Part shown: piece by piece, positions 37,803-51,553 of the stretch
Position numbering within the stretch: position 1 is the stretch's first letter
How the letters are laid out: every line of letters begins with the position of its first letter
From: Tubulanus polymorphus
Taxonomy: Eukaryota > Animalia > Nemertea
Reading direction: 5' to 3'
Assembly: GCF_964204645.1 (NCBI RefSeq)
Contig: NC_134033.1
Location: forward strand, 3,742,131-3,806,130
Length of the DNA stretch: 64,000 bases
The notes under the pieces: model-generated
Seen by the model: only the letters and a program-made list of their open reading frames with translations
What the model was told of the DNA's origin: nothing
Databases searched by the model: none
Made by a program: the position numbers and the translations under genes

Positions 37803-39252
37803 ATAACCCTAAGGAAGCCCGTCATACGTCACGCTACTGACCAAGGAATCCCGAGAACGTTGAAATCAACCCTGGGAAATCCAGGAATTACCAAACAAGA
37901 TCACCGTGTCGACCAATCAGCGTCGTTGAATTATGTTCACGTGCGTCCCAGTTATAATCAAAACATTGTTGTTTTCAGTTTAGTGCAGTAGTACTGTTAC
38001 TTACACGGCGTGCTGTTGTTTATCTGTTACAGAGAGAGAGAGAGGGAGATAGAGAGAGATCATAGAGAGAGGCTTGTCAGCGTGAAAGGAAAATACACTA
38101 CCATTTTCCGTGTATTCGTGACACCACAAGTCAGGTGTGAGGTTATAATAGAGTCAAGACAGACATTATTGCGTGAGGTAAGAAGAAACTTCAAATACAT
38201 TTTTACTAACCAACCTGACCATATGCGCTAAACTCACTGAAAAATTCCAAAACTTCAATTTTTGAAGTACATGTACTGTAGAGGCCTAAACAGTTTATTT
38301 TTTCCTATCGGTTGTTGGCGGTGGTGTAGGCCTATTTTGGGGTGGTAAGTGTGGGGGTGAGGATGTGTGTGTGTGGGCCAGGGGGGGGGGGGGGTAAGTG
38401 TGGTTGGGAATAGGCCAGAGGCCTTTTCGAAACGGTCTCTTCTTACCTTTTCTTCTTTTGGTGGGACACAATCAAAGAAAGGTGACAAACTACCACGATC
38501 CGCAGTGGATACTGGGACGTATCACTACAGATTACAGATAGGCCTACAGATTTAATTTAAGATCTGTCAAAGCCGAGGTTCGTACTTTGGGAAATGAACT
38601 CCAGGCTTAGTTAGAACTTACCTAATCGTGGTGGTAAGCTTATAATATAAGCTTATTTAATCGGATGGGCTTTTTGTGAAAATATCCGATCGGGCCTACT
38701 AGCCTACCAGTCGATCCTCGCTTGCAAGGGTTTCATTGCTTCGCGCTGAAGTTCGTGTCAACGTAAACACTGGCTGCGGACCCTTCACCGGTCTATTACA
38801 CCGTCCAAAATTTTTGGGGCTTAATAGACAAATTAGAGACTGCGGCCAGGGTTTACAAAAAGCTTCAACAGTCGGCAATCTGACTACTGCCCTACAAGGG
38901 TCGTTATTGGCTTCCGAAACTGTGGGACCAGGTATTATCATTAAGAGCCAAGGGGGGGGGGGTAAATTTCATTTTTGGCGGGCGATGAATTAAGGCCTAT
39001 AGAAACCTGGGCTTGGTTTCACGGACTGGTATCAAACTTATCCCTAGGGGTAACTCCTAAATCTGAGTAACAACCACAGTAACAACGAGAAACCATGGTT
39101 AAAAACTGACAAATTTCGAAATGTTCCCAGGGACTAGTTGGCTTCGGCATCTATGAAACCGAGTCCTGATGACGTGTTCCTCTCTGTCTTCCTCTCCCGA
39201 GAGAAATGGTAATCTTCGAATTATGACATTTTTCCGTTTCAGATGTTAAAAC

Positions 39253-42200
39253 ATGGCTAGGCGTGAATCGATTACGATGATGATTACCGCTATTGTTGTC
39301 GTCGCCGCGGCGATGACGGTCGGTCGGGTGACGGGCGCGTGCCCGGCGGCGTGTTCGTGCGACCCCGCGACGGGACTCTACGACTGCCGCGACGCGAACC
39401 TACGGGGAATTCCGACCAGACTGCCGAACCCGGGCAGCGTCAAACAGCTTCTACTGAGCGGAAATAAAATCGAGGTACGAAATATGGATTGGTTGGACTT
39501 TAACCCTTTCAGCGCGTCTACACCGCAGTGCGGTGTATAAATCAGTGATAGATTTTTGCTAGTACACCGCAGTGCAAAAATCGATGAAGTATTGATGTAA
39601 TTAGTAATTATTTCTATTGGAAGATGGCAGCACCTGTTAAACATAGTATAATACTAGTAACTAACGATACATCGCACCGCGGTGTAGACGCACTATAGAG
39701 GTATTCCCGTTATTCAACACACTAGGCTGGAATTTTTGAAAATTTTCAAATTATCTTCAGCACTATAGGGTATTAATTAGCCAGCACTGAAAGGGTTAAC
39801 CTGGGACAGATTGCATGAACGCGGCTGCAGTGCGAAAATGGTCCTATCCTAAACCTTGAGATAGATTTTTGCTAGTACACCGCAGTGCAAAAATCGATGA
39901 AGTATTGATGTAATTAGTAATTATTTCTATTGGAAGATGGCAGCACCTGTTAAACATAGTATAATACTAGTAACTAACGATACATCGCACCGCGGTGTAG
40001 ACGCACTATAGAGGTATTCCCGTTATTCAACACACTAGGCTGGAATTTTTGAAAATTTTCAAATTATCTTCAGCACTATAGGGTATTAATTAGCCAGCAC
40101 TGAAAGGGTTAACCTGGGACAGATTGCATGAACGCGGCTGCAGTGCAAAAATGGTCCTATCCTAAACCTTGAGACTGTGCTTAACTAAAGAACTAAGATG
40201 GCCTTAGATTGGTCTTAAATCTAAGCGATGACTATGGGACTGGATCCTAAAATCCCAGTTGACTGTCAGTCATGACTTATAGTTGTGGTGATCCTAAATT
40301 TTATGACTTGTCTTAAGTTGTTGAGATTTGCGTGTTTTCTGCAAGGTTTCAACAATCAACGTAGATGAGTTCATATACGACTGAATATTCCATATCATTT
40401 AGTAAAAAAATGCAAAGAATATATCTTTTCTAGAGAAGCTTTCTGTACTAGGGGTATTTTGTTGGTTATTGAACCAAAATTTGAAAAATTAGCATCTAGA
40501 CTGGTATTAAGTTGTCAGATTGGCTAAAGAACCAAAATTCGCTATAGAACCTGGGGCCGGTTGCATAGTCATGGCTTATAGGCCTACTTAAGACCAGTCT
40601 AAAACCAACTTAGTTCTATAGCCAATCTAACAAGTTAAGACCAGTCTTAAGATTGAAGACCACTTTTGGACTTAAGTCACGACTGTGCAACTGTCCCCAG
40701 AGTTTCGACTGGTCTTAGGTTGATAGGTTATAAAACCGAAATGAGCTCTTAGACTGACTGATCTTCAAAATTGTTTGATTTGCTGAGAAACCGATGCGGT
40801 CGAACCAAAAGATTTCTCCATATTCGCCTGTAGCAGATTCTCTCTGGGAATTTTGTGTTACACATAGGCCTACTATAACATGGAAAAAGACCGGGGAAAA
40901 CTCGTGGAATTTGTAAATGGCGGATAGTGGCAGCGCCCTCTAGGCCTACGGGACCTAGTTTCTCTAAGAATGATTTAATTCAGGGAATACAAAGGGTCCA
41001 ATTTAGATTTCTTCATTACTTCAGTTTACGTTAATTCCATTAAACCCTTTTCTTGAGCAATCGGGACCGTTTTATGGAAAACCTTTTCGATGAATTATTT
41101 CACATTCTTTCGACAGATTTATTGATATTTAATGTGTCATTGTTCCTAGAATTCGGGAACAAAAGAAAAACCGGCCAGGGTCGAAAAATGGTTGGAATAG
41201 AAATCGCGCTATTTTCGGCGACCCGGTTTTAAAAGGACACCGATGACCCACTCGTCCACGAAACCGTGAACAAAACTATCACGACTCTTGCACACGCGGC
41301 CCCCACGCGCGCAAATCTTATTGTTGTTTTGAAGAAATCATTTTCGAGCAATTCATGACTGTTCTATTCATTAAAAGGCAATTGACCCGAAATCGCGTTC
41401 GATATTGTTTAACTTTCAATGGAAAAAGACCTTCGTAATTGAAACGTGTCTTTTGAAGAAATATAAGATGAGCAAAATTTTCAGTTTGGAAAGATCTCGC
41501 CAGGTCTTTTCCGTGTCAGGGTCTCTCGAAACGCGTGATCTAATCTCTGAAAGCTAATTTGTCGCGTTCTTTGTTAAAAACACCACCGGTTCCACACTAA
41601 AAAGAGATTTGTTGAAATGTGTTCGTTTTCATTTACTGTTAGTATTAATGTTTGTCATATTAACCCGTGTGAACTTGAAGGAACAAAAACCATCAAATTC
41701 TGAGTTTTAGCCGTTTGCCTCAAACGTACCGCTCAAATTCTGAAAAAGTGCTTTCGAAAATCTTTTTAATCACATATTTCCTTTCTGAAGAACAATTCAT
41801 TTCATAACGCTACGATTTTCACAACAAGGTGACGATTCCGATTTCATGGGTTCACCCAGCTTCAAACAATCCTAGATCCGTCCTTGTATTTTATCCAGCA
41901 TTTTAGAAACAATGACTTGAAGTTTATAGTCCATCTTAAAATCTTAAAAACCCTCGAATTTTGATGGTTATGTCATAATAATGATAATTATTAGTGTTAT
42001 TTATGTAGCGCAGGTATCTCAACCAGGAGTGAAGTGAAGTTTATTTAGACACAAAAGTACAGAGGAGAATACAAATACGCAAAAATATAAATCAGTCATT
42101 AATGTACAGAAATGTGTCAAGGATTCATCCCAAGCCAAACAAGGCTGCACTCAGAAAGGGGATGAACCCTGAAAACTAATAATGAGAAAAAAAAGAAAAA

Positions 42201-44176
42201 TTATATAGATGATGATATATACATAATTTTGATAAATCAGATCCTTACAATGATGATAATTGAGTCCGTCTGTTTAAATGCGCTGCAAATTTGGTATTAA
42301 TTACCCCCAACCCATAACTCTATTCTTGTATCAGTCATCTCTGCCTGGGTAGAAGTAACATCTGAACAGCTGCTAGACGCTTTGGAGTCGTCTATCAGAC
42401 CAGGTACTCATTTACTTCTGGGGCCTTTTGCAGAGTGATGGCTTAGACTTAAGACCAGTCTAAGACCAACTTAGTTTTATAGCCAATCTAACAACTTAAG
42501 ACCAGTCTTAAGATTTAAGACCACTTTTGGACTTACGGTAAGTCACAACTGTGCAACTGGCCCCTGGGTGGGCTGAGGCAATTAGGAGCCTATAGACCGG
42601 GGACATTATTGTAATATACGGGGATCGAACCCATGACCTGGCTTCCCATGAACGCTCTACCACTCGGCCACACCGCTCGTTATATACCCCCAAAGCCCCT
42701 CGAATACCCCTAGAATACCCCTCGAATTCCGAAATCATTGATCTGTACGAGAATTTTTCGATATATTTTCAGGTGGTCGCGTCGTTGGACATGTACCGCA
42801 ACTTGGTGCACCTCGATCTGGCGAACAACCGGTTAGAAGTGATCGAAGCGGGCGCGTTCGCCGGCGCCGCCGACCTGCGCATGCTGTCGCTAGCCAACAA
42901 CCGCATATCGGTCGTCGACCGGCGCATGTTCCGCGGTTTGAAGAGTCTCGAGATCGTCGACCTGTCGAATAACGATATCGCGGAAATCAGCGACGAGGCG
43001 TTCGCCGATTGCGCCGGCTTGCTGAATCTCGACGCGTCGGGCAACGCGATCAAACGCGTCGCGCGCGCGGCGTTCGTCGGTCTCGACTCGTCGTTGAGCT
43101 ACCTCGACTTGTCGCGCAACCGGCTGACGGAGATTCCGACGAAATCGTTCGCCGAGTTGCGCATGTTGCGCGCGCTTCTACTCGAAAACAACGCCGTCCA
43201 GGTCGTGCGTTCGAACTCGTTCGACGGACTGGCGAAGTTGCGTAAATTGAGCCTGACGGGCAACGCGATCGTGACGATATCGGACGGCGCGTTTGCCGGC
43301 GCCAAGGCCCCCGTCGACCTGCGTTATCTGTCGCTGAAGGAGAATAAGTTGGCGCGAGTACCGACGACGGCGTTGGCGTCCGTACCGGCGCTGGAAGAGT
43401 TGGATCTGAGCGGTAACGCGTTCGAGGTCGTCGACCCCGATTCGTTCAAACCGTTCGATCGTCTGCGTCTGCTCCGCGCGAACGACTGCCCGCGTTTGAA
43501 GGTCGTGCGGAACTACGCGTTCTCCGAGTTGATACTGCTCGAGGAGTTGCAGCTCGGCGGTAACCGCGCGTTGGACACGTTGGAACCGCACGCGTTACTC
43601 GCGACGCCCTCGCTGAAGCGTTTGTTCCTCGCGCGCAACAAATTGTCGTCGGTGCCCGAGGAGCTGGCCGACTGGCGCCGATTGGACGTTCTCGACTTGC
43701 GGTACAACCCGTGGCGATGCGAGTGCGCGTCGCGCTGGATGGCCGACATGTTAAAATACGTGGCGCGTAACGCGACGCGGTTCTACGCCGACGAGGTCTA
43801 CTGCGTCGACGTCGGCGGGCAACACCGACGGATCGTCGACGCGCTTCCGCGGGATTTCGGCTGCCCGTTGTCGGCGGCGCAGCGGAACGATGACGCCGCC
43901 GCGGCCGCCAAAGACGAGTTCGACCATCGCATAATGTTCGGCATAATCGGCGCTACGAGTCTGGCGTTGGTCGTCGCATTTTTCGTCATTCTCTATAAAT
44001 TCAAAATCGACGTTTTCAAACGGTGTCGCGGACAGATGCGGTATAGACGACAGTCGAATCTGGAAACGGTCGTCACGATGACGTCAGCGGCCGCCGCCGC
44101 GACGGCGGCGGACTCGGAGCAGACGCCGATGAAAGTTCAAAACGGTATTTCGTCGTCCGGTGAGATTACGTCCTGA
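39253..44176 (+). CDS. Type I LRR transmembrane protein, tartan/capricious-like, 2 coding exons, ~541 aa
   Basis: Exon 39253-39474 (signal peptide, LRRNT CPAACSC..C, GAG|gtacga) joins 42773-44176 (ttttcag|, ~13 LRRs, LRRCT NPWRCEC, TM IMFGIIG..ILY, short tail). Upstream acceptor at 39242 implies a 5' UTR exon. Confidence 0.88.
39504..39795. mobile_element. piggyBac-like MITE with TTAA TSD; its right part plus flank is tandemly duplicated (39547-39859 / 39860-40172)
   Basis: TTAA|ccctttcagcgc...gcactgaaaggg|TTAA; 313-bp near-identical direct repeat. Confidence 0.88.
40553..40698. mobile_element. PIF/Harbinger-like MITE (ttagttctatagccaatctaacaac core); copies near 2340-2550, 20500-20610, 42421-42563, 45680-45820
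   Basis: GGGCC..TTGCA termini; CTG TSD clear at 42418-42420 / 42564-42566. Confidence 0.75.
41976..42678 (-). mobile_element. tRNA-derived SINE with a nested MITE and a probable LINE-tail insertion
   Basis: Minus strand: A-box GTGGCCGAGTGG, B-box GGTTCGATCCCC (42617-42678), core cacccag|aagtaaatgagtacc split by MITE 42421-42563, tail gcgctacataaat..(att)n. Confidence 0.6.
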
Positions 44177-46020
44177 GATACTGATCATCGGTTTACGACG
44201 CGAGTATTTCTTCTCATTTCGGCCGCTTTCTCTCTCCGTCGAAATCGAGACCCTGGAAGCCTTCGATCTTCATTGTATATATTGAATATTACTTTTAAAC
44301 ATTAAGGGATACTGGCAGCGCTCACCCGCTGCAGCAGTATCAGGGCAGGGCCGCTAACAGGGGAAGCCCCCACAAATGTTGGAAAAGTGCCCTTTTTGCA
44401 AAATACTGTTTTATTTTATAGAACTATTCTTTTTCGGAAACCTTTGCCCCCTCCCCCCTCAAAAAAAGAAGAATTCAAATGCGAGGTATGGCTCTGCAGG
44501 GGCGGATCGAAGAAAATTGCAAGGTGGGGGTTCAACCCTGACTTAAACGAGAAAACTTAAGTTTAAAGTTTATCGGCGCCTTGAAAAAGTTAAGTAACTC
44601 ATGAGCGGCACTCGAGATCGTTTCGAAATATTCGATGGTTTTTCGCGCCATGCTCGTACTACTACTTTTACTACTGCTAGTTATTTATTGTCCCATGTTT
44701 GTCTATTTGTCAGGCAGACATTGGCAGACGTGCCGGTACTAGACGAGCGATATTATGATTTATTGCCTTGTTTTCGTACTTTTTAAACGCGCGAGCAGCT
44801 GATGACATTGTAACCCGTTTTCAATGTCGTATTTTCATACTTAACTATGTATTAATTATGTAATTTCGTGGCACCGCGAGGTCAAGGTCGGCGCTAATTA
44901 TGTATTTAATCGTCAACAGGATGTACGTCCTAAAACTGTCATTTCTCAAAGGCTGCTCGGGCGCAAAAATGTTCCTGAAATTTAAGCCTATTAACTTAAA
45001 AATGAAACAGATAAATTCTTTTCATTCTCATGAGAGGAGATTTCTTGGAATTTCGAAATATGTTTACTCTACTACTGATTTCTGGTGTTGTTCAAAACCG
45101 GTGTAAATCTTTGAGGTTGGAATTATGTTTACATAAAATGCGGATATTTTTCTAACTAACCGATTCGAATTGTACAGTAATGTTTTAGCGCCAACAATGT
45201 TTAACGTTGATTACAAACAATACGTGCTGGTTTTCAAGACAAGACGAAATTTGTCTTTTTCCATTACGGTAACAATTGTTTATGTTTTTAGTTCTTCGTC
45301 GATGGATGTTTTAAACTTAGAATGAATGTATGAAATGACCTATTTTTGTTTCGTGAAATGCTCAATATGTTGGTTAAAAAATGTCAAATGTGGCAGTTGT
45401 TTGTTCAAGTTAGGAACATGACTGCATTTATAATCGATAAAAATAGCAAGTTTGTGGTATGAAGAGAATTTACCTGATCAGTCAAAATGTGGAGAGTGTA
45501 GAGGGGTTTTTACCCAATTAGTTAAACGTAGTCAGTAGAGGCGTTTGCTTTGGAATCTCGTGGGACCCCTAGAGTACACAAATTCCAAGGTAGTCGAAGC
45601 AGGGATGGGTCATTGTTCGGGTCACGTGCTTCGTAGCAAGTCTCTCTGATATTAGCGCTACTCGGAGCTTCTTTGCGGAAAAGCCGGTTCCATAGTAAGG
45701 GCTTAGAATTAAGACCAGTATGAAGCCAACTTAGTTCTATAACCAATCTAACAACTTAAGACCAGTCTTAGAATTCAAGACCAGTTTCGTTCTTAAGTCC
45801 TGACCATGGAACCGCCCCACCCCTGATTTAGGCTAACAATGACATGATAAAGCGGTCAGTTACAACGTCTATCAAGGGCACATCTCGCTAAAAGGTGCTG
45901 AAAAGTTCAAACCATGTTACAAACCAAAATTATTATTTCTTTATGCTGATTTTCAACACGGGTCCCCTCAATGCTATATAAACCATCACAGGGCGTTGAA
46001 AATGAGCCACTTGTTACTTA

Positions 46021-46508
46021 AGGGGTCATTCATTTATTACGTACGCATTAGGGGAGGGGAAGGCGAACGTGCAATTGCGTACTGTAATGTTGAATGTATA
46101 TGAAAAAATGGTCGATTTTTTTATTCAAATTCTATGCGTACGTAATAAACGAATGATCCCTTATGAATGGCCCTCTGCTCAGGTTTTGCAGCACGTGTGA
46201 CATATCCTATGCCTTCCATGTATTATATATATTTGGTATATTCCACTAAACGGTTGACATTTTTTTATTGTCAAATAAGTATTATTTATTTCATTATGTC
46301 GCCATTACAGTATTATAAATTAGGTGCGATAGACTCCTCCTAAGGGATCTTTCATTTATTACGTATGCGTTAGGGGAGGGGGAGCGGTCAGTGCAATTGC
46401 GTACTGTAATGCTTAATGTACATATATGAAAAAGATGGCTGATTTTGTGTGCGGGCGGGGGTTTAAAAATTCAAATTTTATGTCTACGTAATAAATGAAT
46501 GCTCCCTA
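46021..46508. mobile_element. Two adjacent MITEs (~46021-46162, ~46341-46508), TIR ggg.tc.ttcatttattacgta
   Basis: Inverted termini tacgtaataaa(c/t)gaatg..ccc in both copies. Confidence 0.7.
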
Positions 46509-46768
46509 CATAACTGGAATCAACTGGAACCAAGGATTTGTGTTTTACGCAGTGAAATTCGTTGTGATGGCTTTAAAATTTGCGTTCGATTTTAGGAGAT
46601 AATTTGACTTGAGAGCGTTTGAATCTAGTGGAGGGTGCAGTCGACAAAAACCTAAGATCCAGTGAGATTCGATATCATATCAAGTTCCATTGTGAATTAA
46701 CTGATTTGTGAATTTCTGGTGTGTTCTTAGTCCACTTGGGACTACAGTGCCAGTTGGGTAGGAAACAT

Positions 46769-47105
46769 CCCTCACTGAGGATATCTTATAATTCAATCAG
46801 GGAATTTGAATTTTTGGTGTCATGTTGTTCTTGCTGGTGACGAGTGACACAAGGAACCTCTTGATAAGAAACAGCCTTCACTGAGGATATCTTATAATTT
46901 AATCAGGGAATTTGAATTTTTGGTGTCATGTTGTTCTTGCTAGTGACGAGTGACACAAGGAACCTCATGATAAGAAACAGCCCTCACCGAGGATATCTTA
47001 TAATTTAATCAAGGAATTTGAATTTTTGGTGTCATGTTGTTCTTGCTGGTGACAACTGACACAAGGAACCGCTTGATAATAAACAGCCCTCACTGAGGAT
47101 ATGTC
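46769..47105. repeat. 106-bp tandem repeat, ~3.2 copies
   Basis: cc(c/t)tcac(t/c)gaggatat at ~46769, 46875, 46981, 47087. Confidence 0.9.
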
Positions 47106-47399
47106 GTAGGCCTAATTTAATCAGAGGGAATTTTGGTAAGTGTTTGGGGAAATATATCAGGCTGATATATTTTCCCGACCTCTGACCTGTATCCTGAGGA
47201 AAAGTGTAAAAATGTCAATTTTTGGCGAAAAAAATATGTTACAGTGTTAGTAATGTAGCATGTTTTTCACGGAAATCCAAAAGGTTTTGCATACACAGCT
47301 GGTCAGGCCTTCTGTGTCTATAGTTGTGGATTTCATGTCAACTTTTTTACAGCGGATATTGAAATAATTTTACTGAGGGATAAACAATTTCGAATTTGA

Positions 47400-47860
47400 C
47401 CCGCACAACACTGTGGGCCTGGGTCCAGAGTCAAATTAAACCCACACAACTGTGGAACTGGATCCGGAGTCGAATTAAGCCCACATAACTGTGGAACTGG
47501 ATCCAGAGTCATATTAAACCCGAACAACCGTGGAACTGGGTCTAGAGTCAAATTAAAGCCAAACAACTGTAGAACTGGATCCAGAGTCATATTAAACCCA
47601 CACAATTATTGGATTTTGATTTTTTTTCATATTTCTACGACATTCCCCTTTTTTTGGTAGAGCCTTTAGGCTTGGGGATGTCCTTTCAGGACCAGTGGAC
47701 ATCAAAGCAACATTTATAAAAAATCTTTTACATACATTGATAAACAAATATATTATTACAAGGCACAACTGTGAAACTGGATCCAGAGTCAAATTAAACC
47801 CACGTAACTGTGGAACTGGATCCAGAGTCAAATTAAACCCACGCAACTGCGGAACTGGAA
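47400..47860. repeat. 39-bp minisatellite interrupted by a ~150-bp insertion
   Basis: Same unit as 4020-4550. Confidence 0.88.
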
Positions 47861-48245
47861 ATTAAGAGCTCTCAGATAAATGTACACTGTATGTCACAGA
47901 ATATGATAATACCGGTTGGATAGAAATATTTTTTTATGAAAAAAAAAATTACGTGACGTGTGTTGTTTGAACTATGATGAATGAATGAATGAATATTGTC
48001 TCTTTGCGCGCAGCTGTGCTGTTAGTACAGTGTTCTGATAATGTGTACAGTCGGATTTTCAATAAACGTTCTGTGCTATTCAACACGCTAAAACTACGTA
48101 TAACTATGTCGATCCTAGATAGACACAGCAAACCCCGCTTTATTCGGATATCAGTTTCATTAAGTCCGATTTAGTTCTAATCCCCTATATTATTGTTTTA
48201 AGATCCATCTTTGAAAAAATGAAATAAACGGTTGTTAAGTACGTA

Positions 48246-48375
48246 CAGCGGAACCTCGTTATAACGAATTCGGATACGACGAGAGTCGATATAACAAATA
48301 TATAGAATAAGAGTCCGTGGTTATAACGAACATATTTTCTGGTCCCGTGAAGTTCGTTGTAACGAGGTTCCACAG
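48246..48375. mobile_element. Tc1/mariner (Tigger/pogo-like) MITE with TA TSD, nested in an older IR element (~48123-48458)
   Basis: TA|cagcggaacctcgttataacgaa...ttcgttgtaacgaggttccacag|TA. Decayed relatives at ~23797-23930 and ~30855-30992. Confidence 0.8.
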
Positions 48376-50319
48376 TACGTGTATGATGTTTAATTCGGAT
48401 TTCTAGGAAACCGGATGGATTTCGTCTGTCCCGCAAGTGATTCGAATTAAGCGGGTTCTAACAACAAATCCGGGGTCCTAATTTCAAAAACTGCGTGGAA
48501 TTGTTGATTCCACAGCGATGATCGTCTTTCTGCGAGTTTTCGAAAACTGCTGGCATCGATTCTCTGATCGAGTTTTAAGGTGTAGCCTATTGTAGTGAAA
48601 ATTATATTTATTTTTGTAAATATTGTAAATTTATACGGAGTTTTGATGACGCGGGCATTTTGCTGTAAATATAAATATGAAATGATAACTCAGTAAGAAC
48701 CAAGCCGTGTTTTGTAAGTTCATTCTGGGAAACTCTGATGTCCAAGGTTTTCACCCTGTATATACTCTTGGATCGATATCGCTAGTGGACTACACAGGCG
48801 AAGGAGGTTGTGGTGATTGGAGCTGGTCCGGGATGCTGACTCGGGGTCATAGCACCCTGTCCTGATATGGGAATGTGCGTCACCACGTTCTGTTGCAATT
48901 TGAAGCTTCTGGTCATTTCATTTTTTTCAAGGCCTATGGATCTGGTCCTTTTACGTAAATTGGAAATCTTATGAACTATTCAGTACGAATACGAATATTT
49001 ATTACACTCCAACCATTTCCATGGTATATGGAGGAAAAACAGTATTTACAATCATTTACAAAAACAGGCAATAATAGTATTTAAAACATAACAAACGTTA
49101 TTTAAAACATACTATTAAATTTCCAACACTAGCGCCATCTACCAGTGTTTTGGCACTGAGGAAGAGGGACAGAGACAGGACGGGAAGGAGAGGGCCAGGA
49201 CGGGAGGGAGAGGGAGAGGCTGAGGAAGAGAGCATCTGATAGACTGGTTGCCGGTCTCTACCTTCTGACTGCGAATGCGCATGCGGGCATCTTCACCCAA
49301 GGGATTCGAACCCACTACGCTAAAGCTGTTCCCCGAACCCCGTGACCTCACGATACGTTGGAGTCGTTACTAGACGACCAGAATCCGGTCGTACCAATCA
49401 CAGCGCTTGTAACAAACCGTCAGTAGACTTCTGTTGGTTTTCCCGTTAAATTAACCAATCAGCGAACGTTTTACCGAACAAGGAAGTATTTCGCAAATCG
49501 ATATATGACGTCACGCGCAACAGCGCCAGTAATGAAATCACGCTTCGTGAGGCCAGGGGGCTGGTGGAAGCGAGTTCGTGAGTGATACCGGACCCCTGGC
49601 AAGCGAGGATGGCATGCGGGTGGCACAGATTTGGACAGGCAACCAGTCTACGCGCCTAATACATAGACTGGTGGCCGCTTTCAATTCAAAGCGATTGCAC
49701 GATTGGAAATGATCTTCGTCCATAACAGATGATGCATGGAATTTGAACGTGAAATGATAATAGAAAAGAAAATAACATTGATGACGTAAGTCACCAGATT
49801 TGATATTTCATCGAAGAAGAGGGTGAATGTGCTTAGATATTCAAGGCCTTAATTTAAACCCTTTGCCCTACAAATATGATGTTCACAATTCCCAGTTTAG
49901 GATTGCCGCTTGATGCTTGCATTCGTATTTCAACACTGACTGAAGCCTATCAATGTGATAGAGGTTTCTTTTTTTGGTAGGTACGTATAATAAAGACAAT
50001 TTTCAAGTAACGGCGATGTACCGTACTAAAATGCAACTTATATCAACAAAGGGTTTCGTTTTGTGTATATAGTTTAATATACGTGTTGCCTATCCAAGAT
50101 TCTCCTCCTTGGCAAATGGGAAGATTCTAAATGCGAAGATTGCTTGAAAAATGTTTCCATCGTGTGTTGTACAACAAAATTGCACACATAGATGATAATG
50201 AGTTAGTGATATCCTGTGGTGACTAGAAAGTGATTTGTCATGCGATCGAAGACGAATGCGACAATTTAGACAAAATAAAGTTAACAATCGGAGGCTGGCA
50301 GCAGACGGCTTCAGTGAGA

Positions 50320-50405
50320 TCCACGTCAAGTCACACGGCTTCAGACCCGCGTCGAGTCAGACGGCTTCAGACCCGCGTCGAGTCAGACGGCTTCAGACCC
50401 GCGTC
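50320..50405. repeat. 26-bp tandem repeat x3 just upstream of the GPCR ATG
   Basis: tcagacccgcgtc at 50341, 50367, 50393. Confidence 0.85.
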
Positions 50406-50449
50406 ACGGTCACCGTTGTAGCAACTGTAACGATAGGAAATTCTGACAA

Positions 50450-51454
50450 ATGAGCAAGATGGCGCCGGCGAACGGAACTGACGTCACCGAATGCTCGTAT
50501 CTATCGAAGAATAACGTCTGGTTGACCGTGTTGTTGTACGTATCGACGCCGATCTGCTTGACCGGGTTCGTTTTGAACGCTATCAGTTTCGTGATTTTAC
50601 GCAAGCACAGTTCGCGTTCGAATTCTTTCCACCTGTTGCAGATTTTGGCCGTCGTCGATAACTGTTTTCTGTTAGTGTCGGTGTCGTTGGTGAACGTGCG
50701 TCGGTTTTTCTCCTATTTGACGTACGGACGGAGGTTTTTCTATCTATCGGACGCCTTCATCGGGCCGCGATTCCTCGTCTACCTAGCTCCGCCGCATCTT
50801 ATCATGCGTATGATAAGAAACTGGCTTATCGTGCTGATAAGTCTAGACCGGGTTATTCATATCGTTTTCCCTTTGAAATCGATCGTTTTATGCACTAAAT
50901 TCAAACTAAATTTATCATTCGCGTTTATAGTCGTATTCAGCGCTGGGTTGCAAGGTTTCAAATTTTGTTGTTTGAGGTTTTCCCACCAGATTCCCAAATG
51001 CCCAGCAGTCAATATTCCGTTACTGCGATTTCATGCTGAATTCCCAGGCGGTGTGGATGAATTGACTATTGTCACCTCGATCATAATTTTGCCATTTGTA
51101 ATTCTATGCGTGACCAACACCATATTATCCGTGCACTTGTACAAAGCACGTGCCAAGCGACAGACGATGGCGACGTCTGGCGGCACACACGGGAAAGACC
51201 AAGAATTGCAGGCGACGCTGCTCGCTTTAGGTATCGTGGCGACGTTTCTAGTTTGCGAGAGCCCGAATAGCGTGGAGCGAATCGTCGAAATCGTCTTCTA
51301 CAACGGCAGACGATTGCGCACGCATCCTATGATGCAGGTTTCCATTCAAATGGATTCATGCGTCAATTTTCTAGTTTATTGTCTGTCGAGTAAAAAATTC
51401 CGGACGCTGACGGCGCAGATGTTGGCGATAAGAGAGCACTTAATCAAAGTCTGA
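50450..51454 (+). CDS. Intronless rhodopsin-family GPCR, FMRFamide/sex-peptide-receptor-like (orphan peptide or chemoreceptor clade), 334 aa
   Basis: Seven hydrophobic segments; N-glycosylation NGT, GFVLN, LAVVD, NWLIVLISLDRVIHIVFP, FLVCESP, DSCVNFLVYCLSSKKFR. Confidence 0.9.
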   Translation: MSKMAPANGTDVTECSYLSKNNVWLTVLLYVSTPICLTGFVLNAISFVILRKHSSRSNSFHLLQILAVVDNCFLLVSVSLVNVRRFFSYLTYGRRFFYLSDAFIGPRFLVYLAPPHLIMRMIRNWLIVLISLDRVIHIVFPLKSIVLCTKFKLNLSFAFIVVFSAGLQGFKFCCLRFSHQIPKCPAVNIPLLRFHAEFPGGVDELTIVTSIIILPFVILCVTNTILSVHLYKARAKRQTMATSGGTHGKDQELQATLLALGIVATFLVCESPNSVERIVEIVFYNGRRLRTHPMMQVSIQMDSCVNFLVYCLSSKKFRTLTAQMLAIREHLIKV

Positions 51455-51553
51455 ATCAACCTTATCCCCATTTTAGGCAGGTTTCGATTGGTCTCTATAC
51501 GGATTTTGGACTGACTTTCTGGCCGGTAAGTTTCGACCAAAATACCTGTAGAA

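Noticed and set aside
42617-42678. Possible tRNA gene (also the B-box motifs at ~7200, ~30073, ~51864)
   Set aside because: No complete cloverleaf; these are a SINE head and transposon arms.
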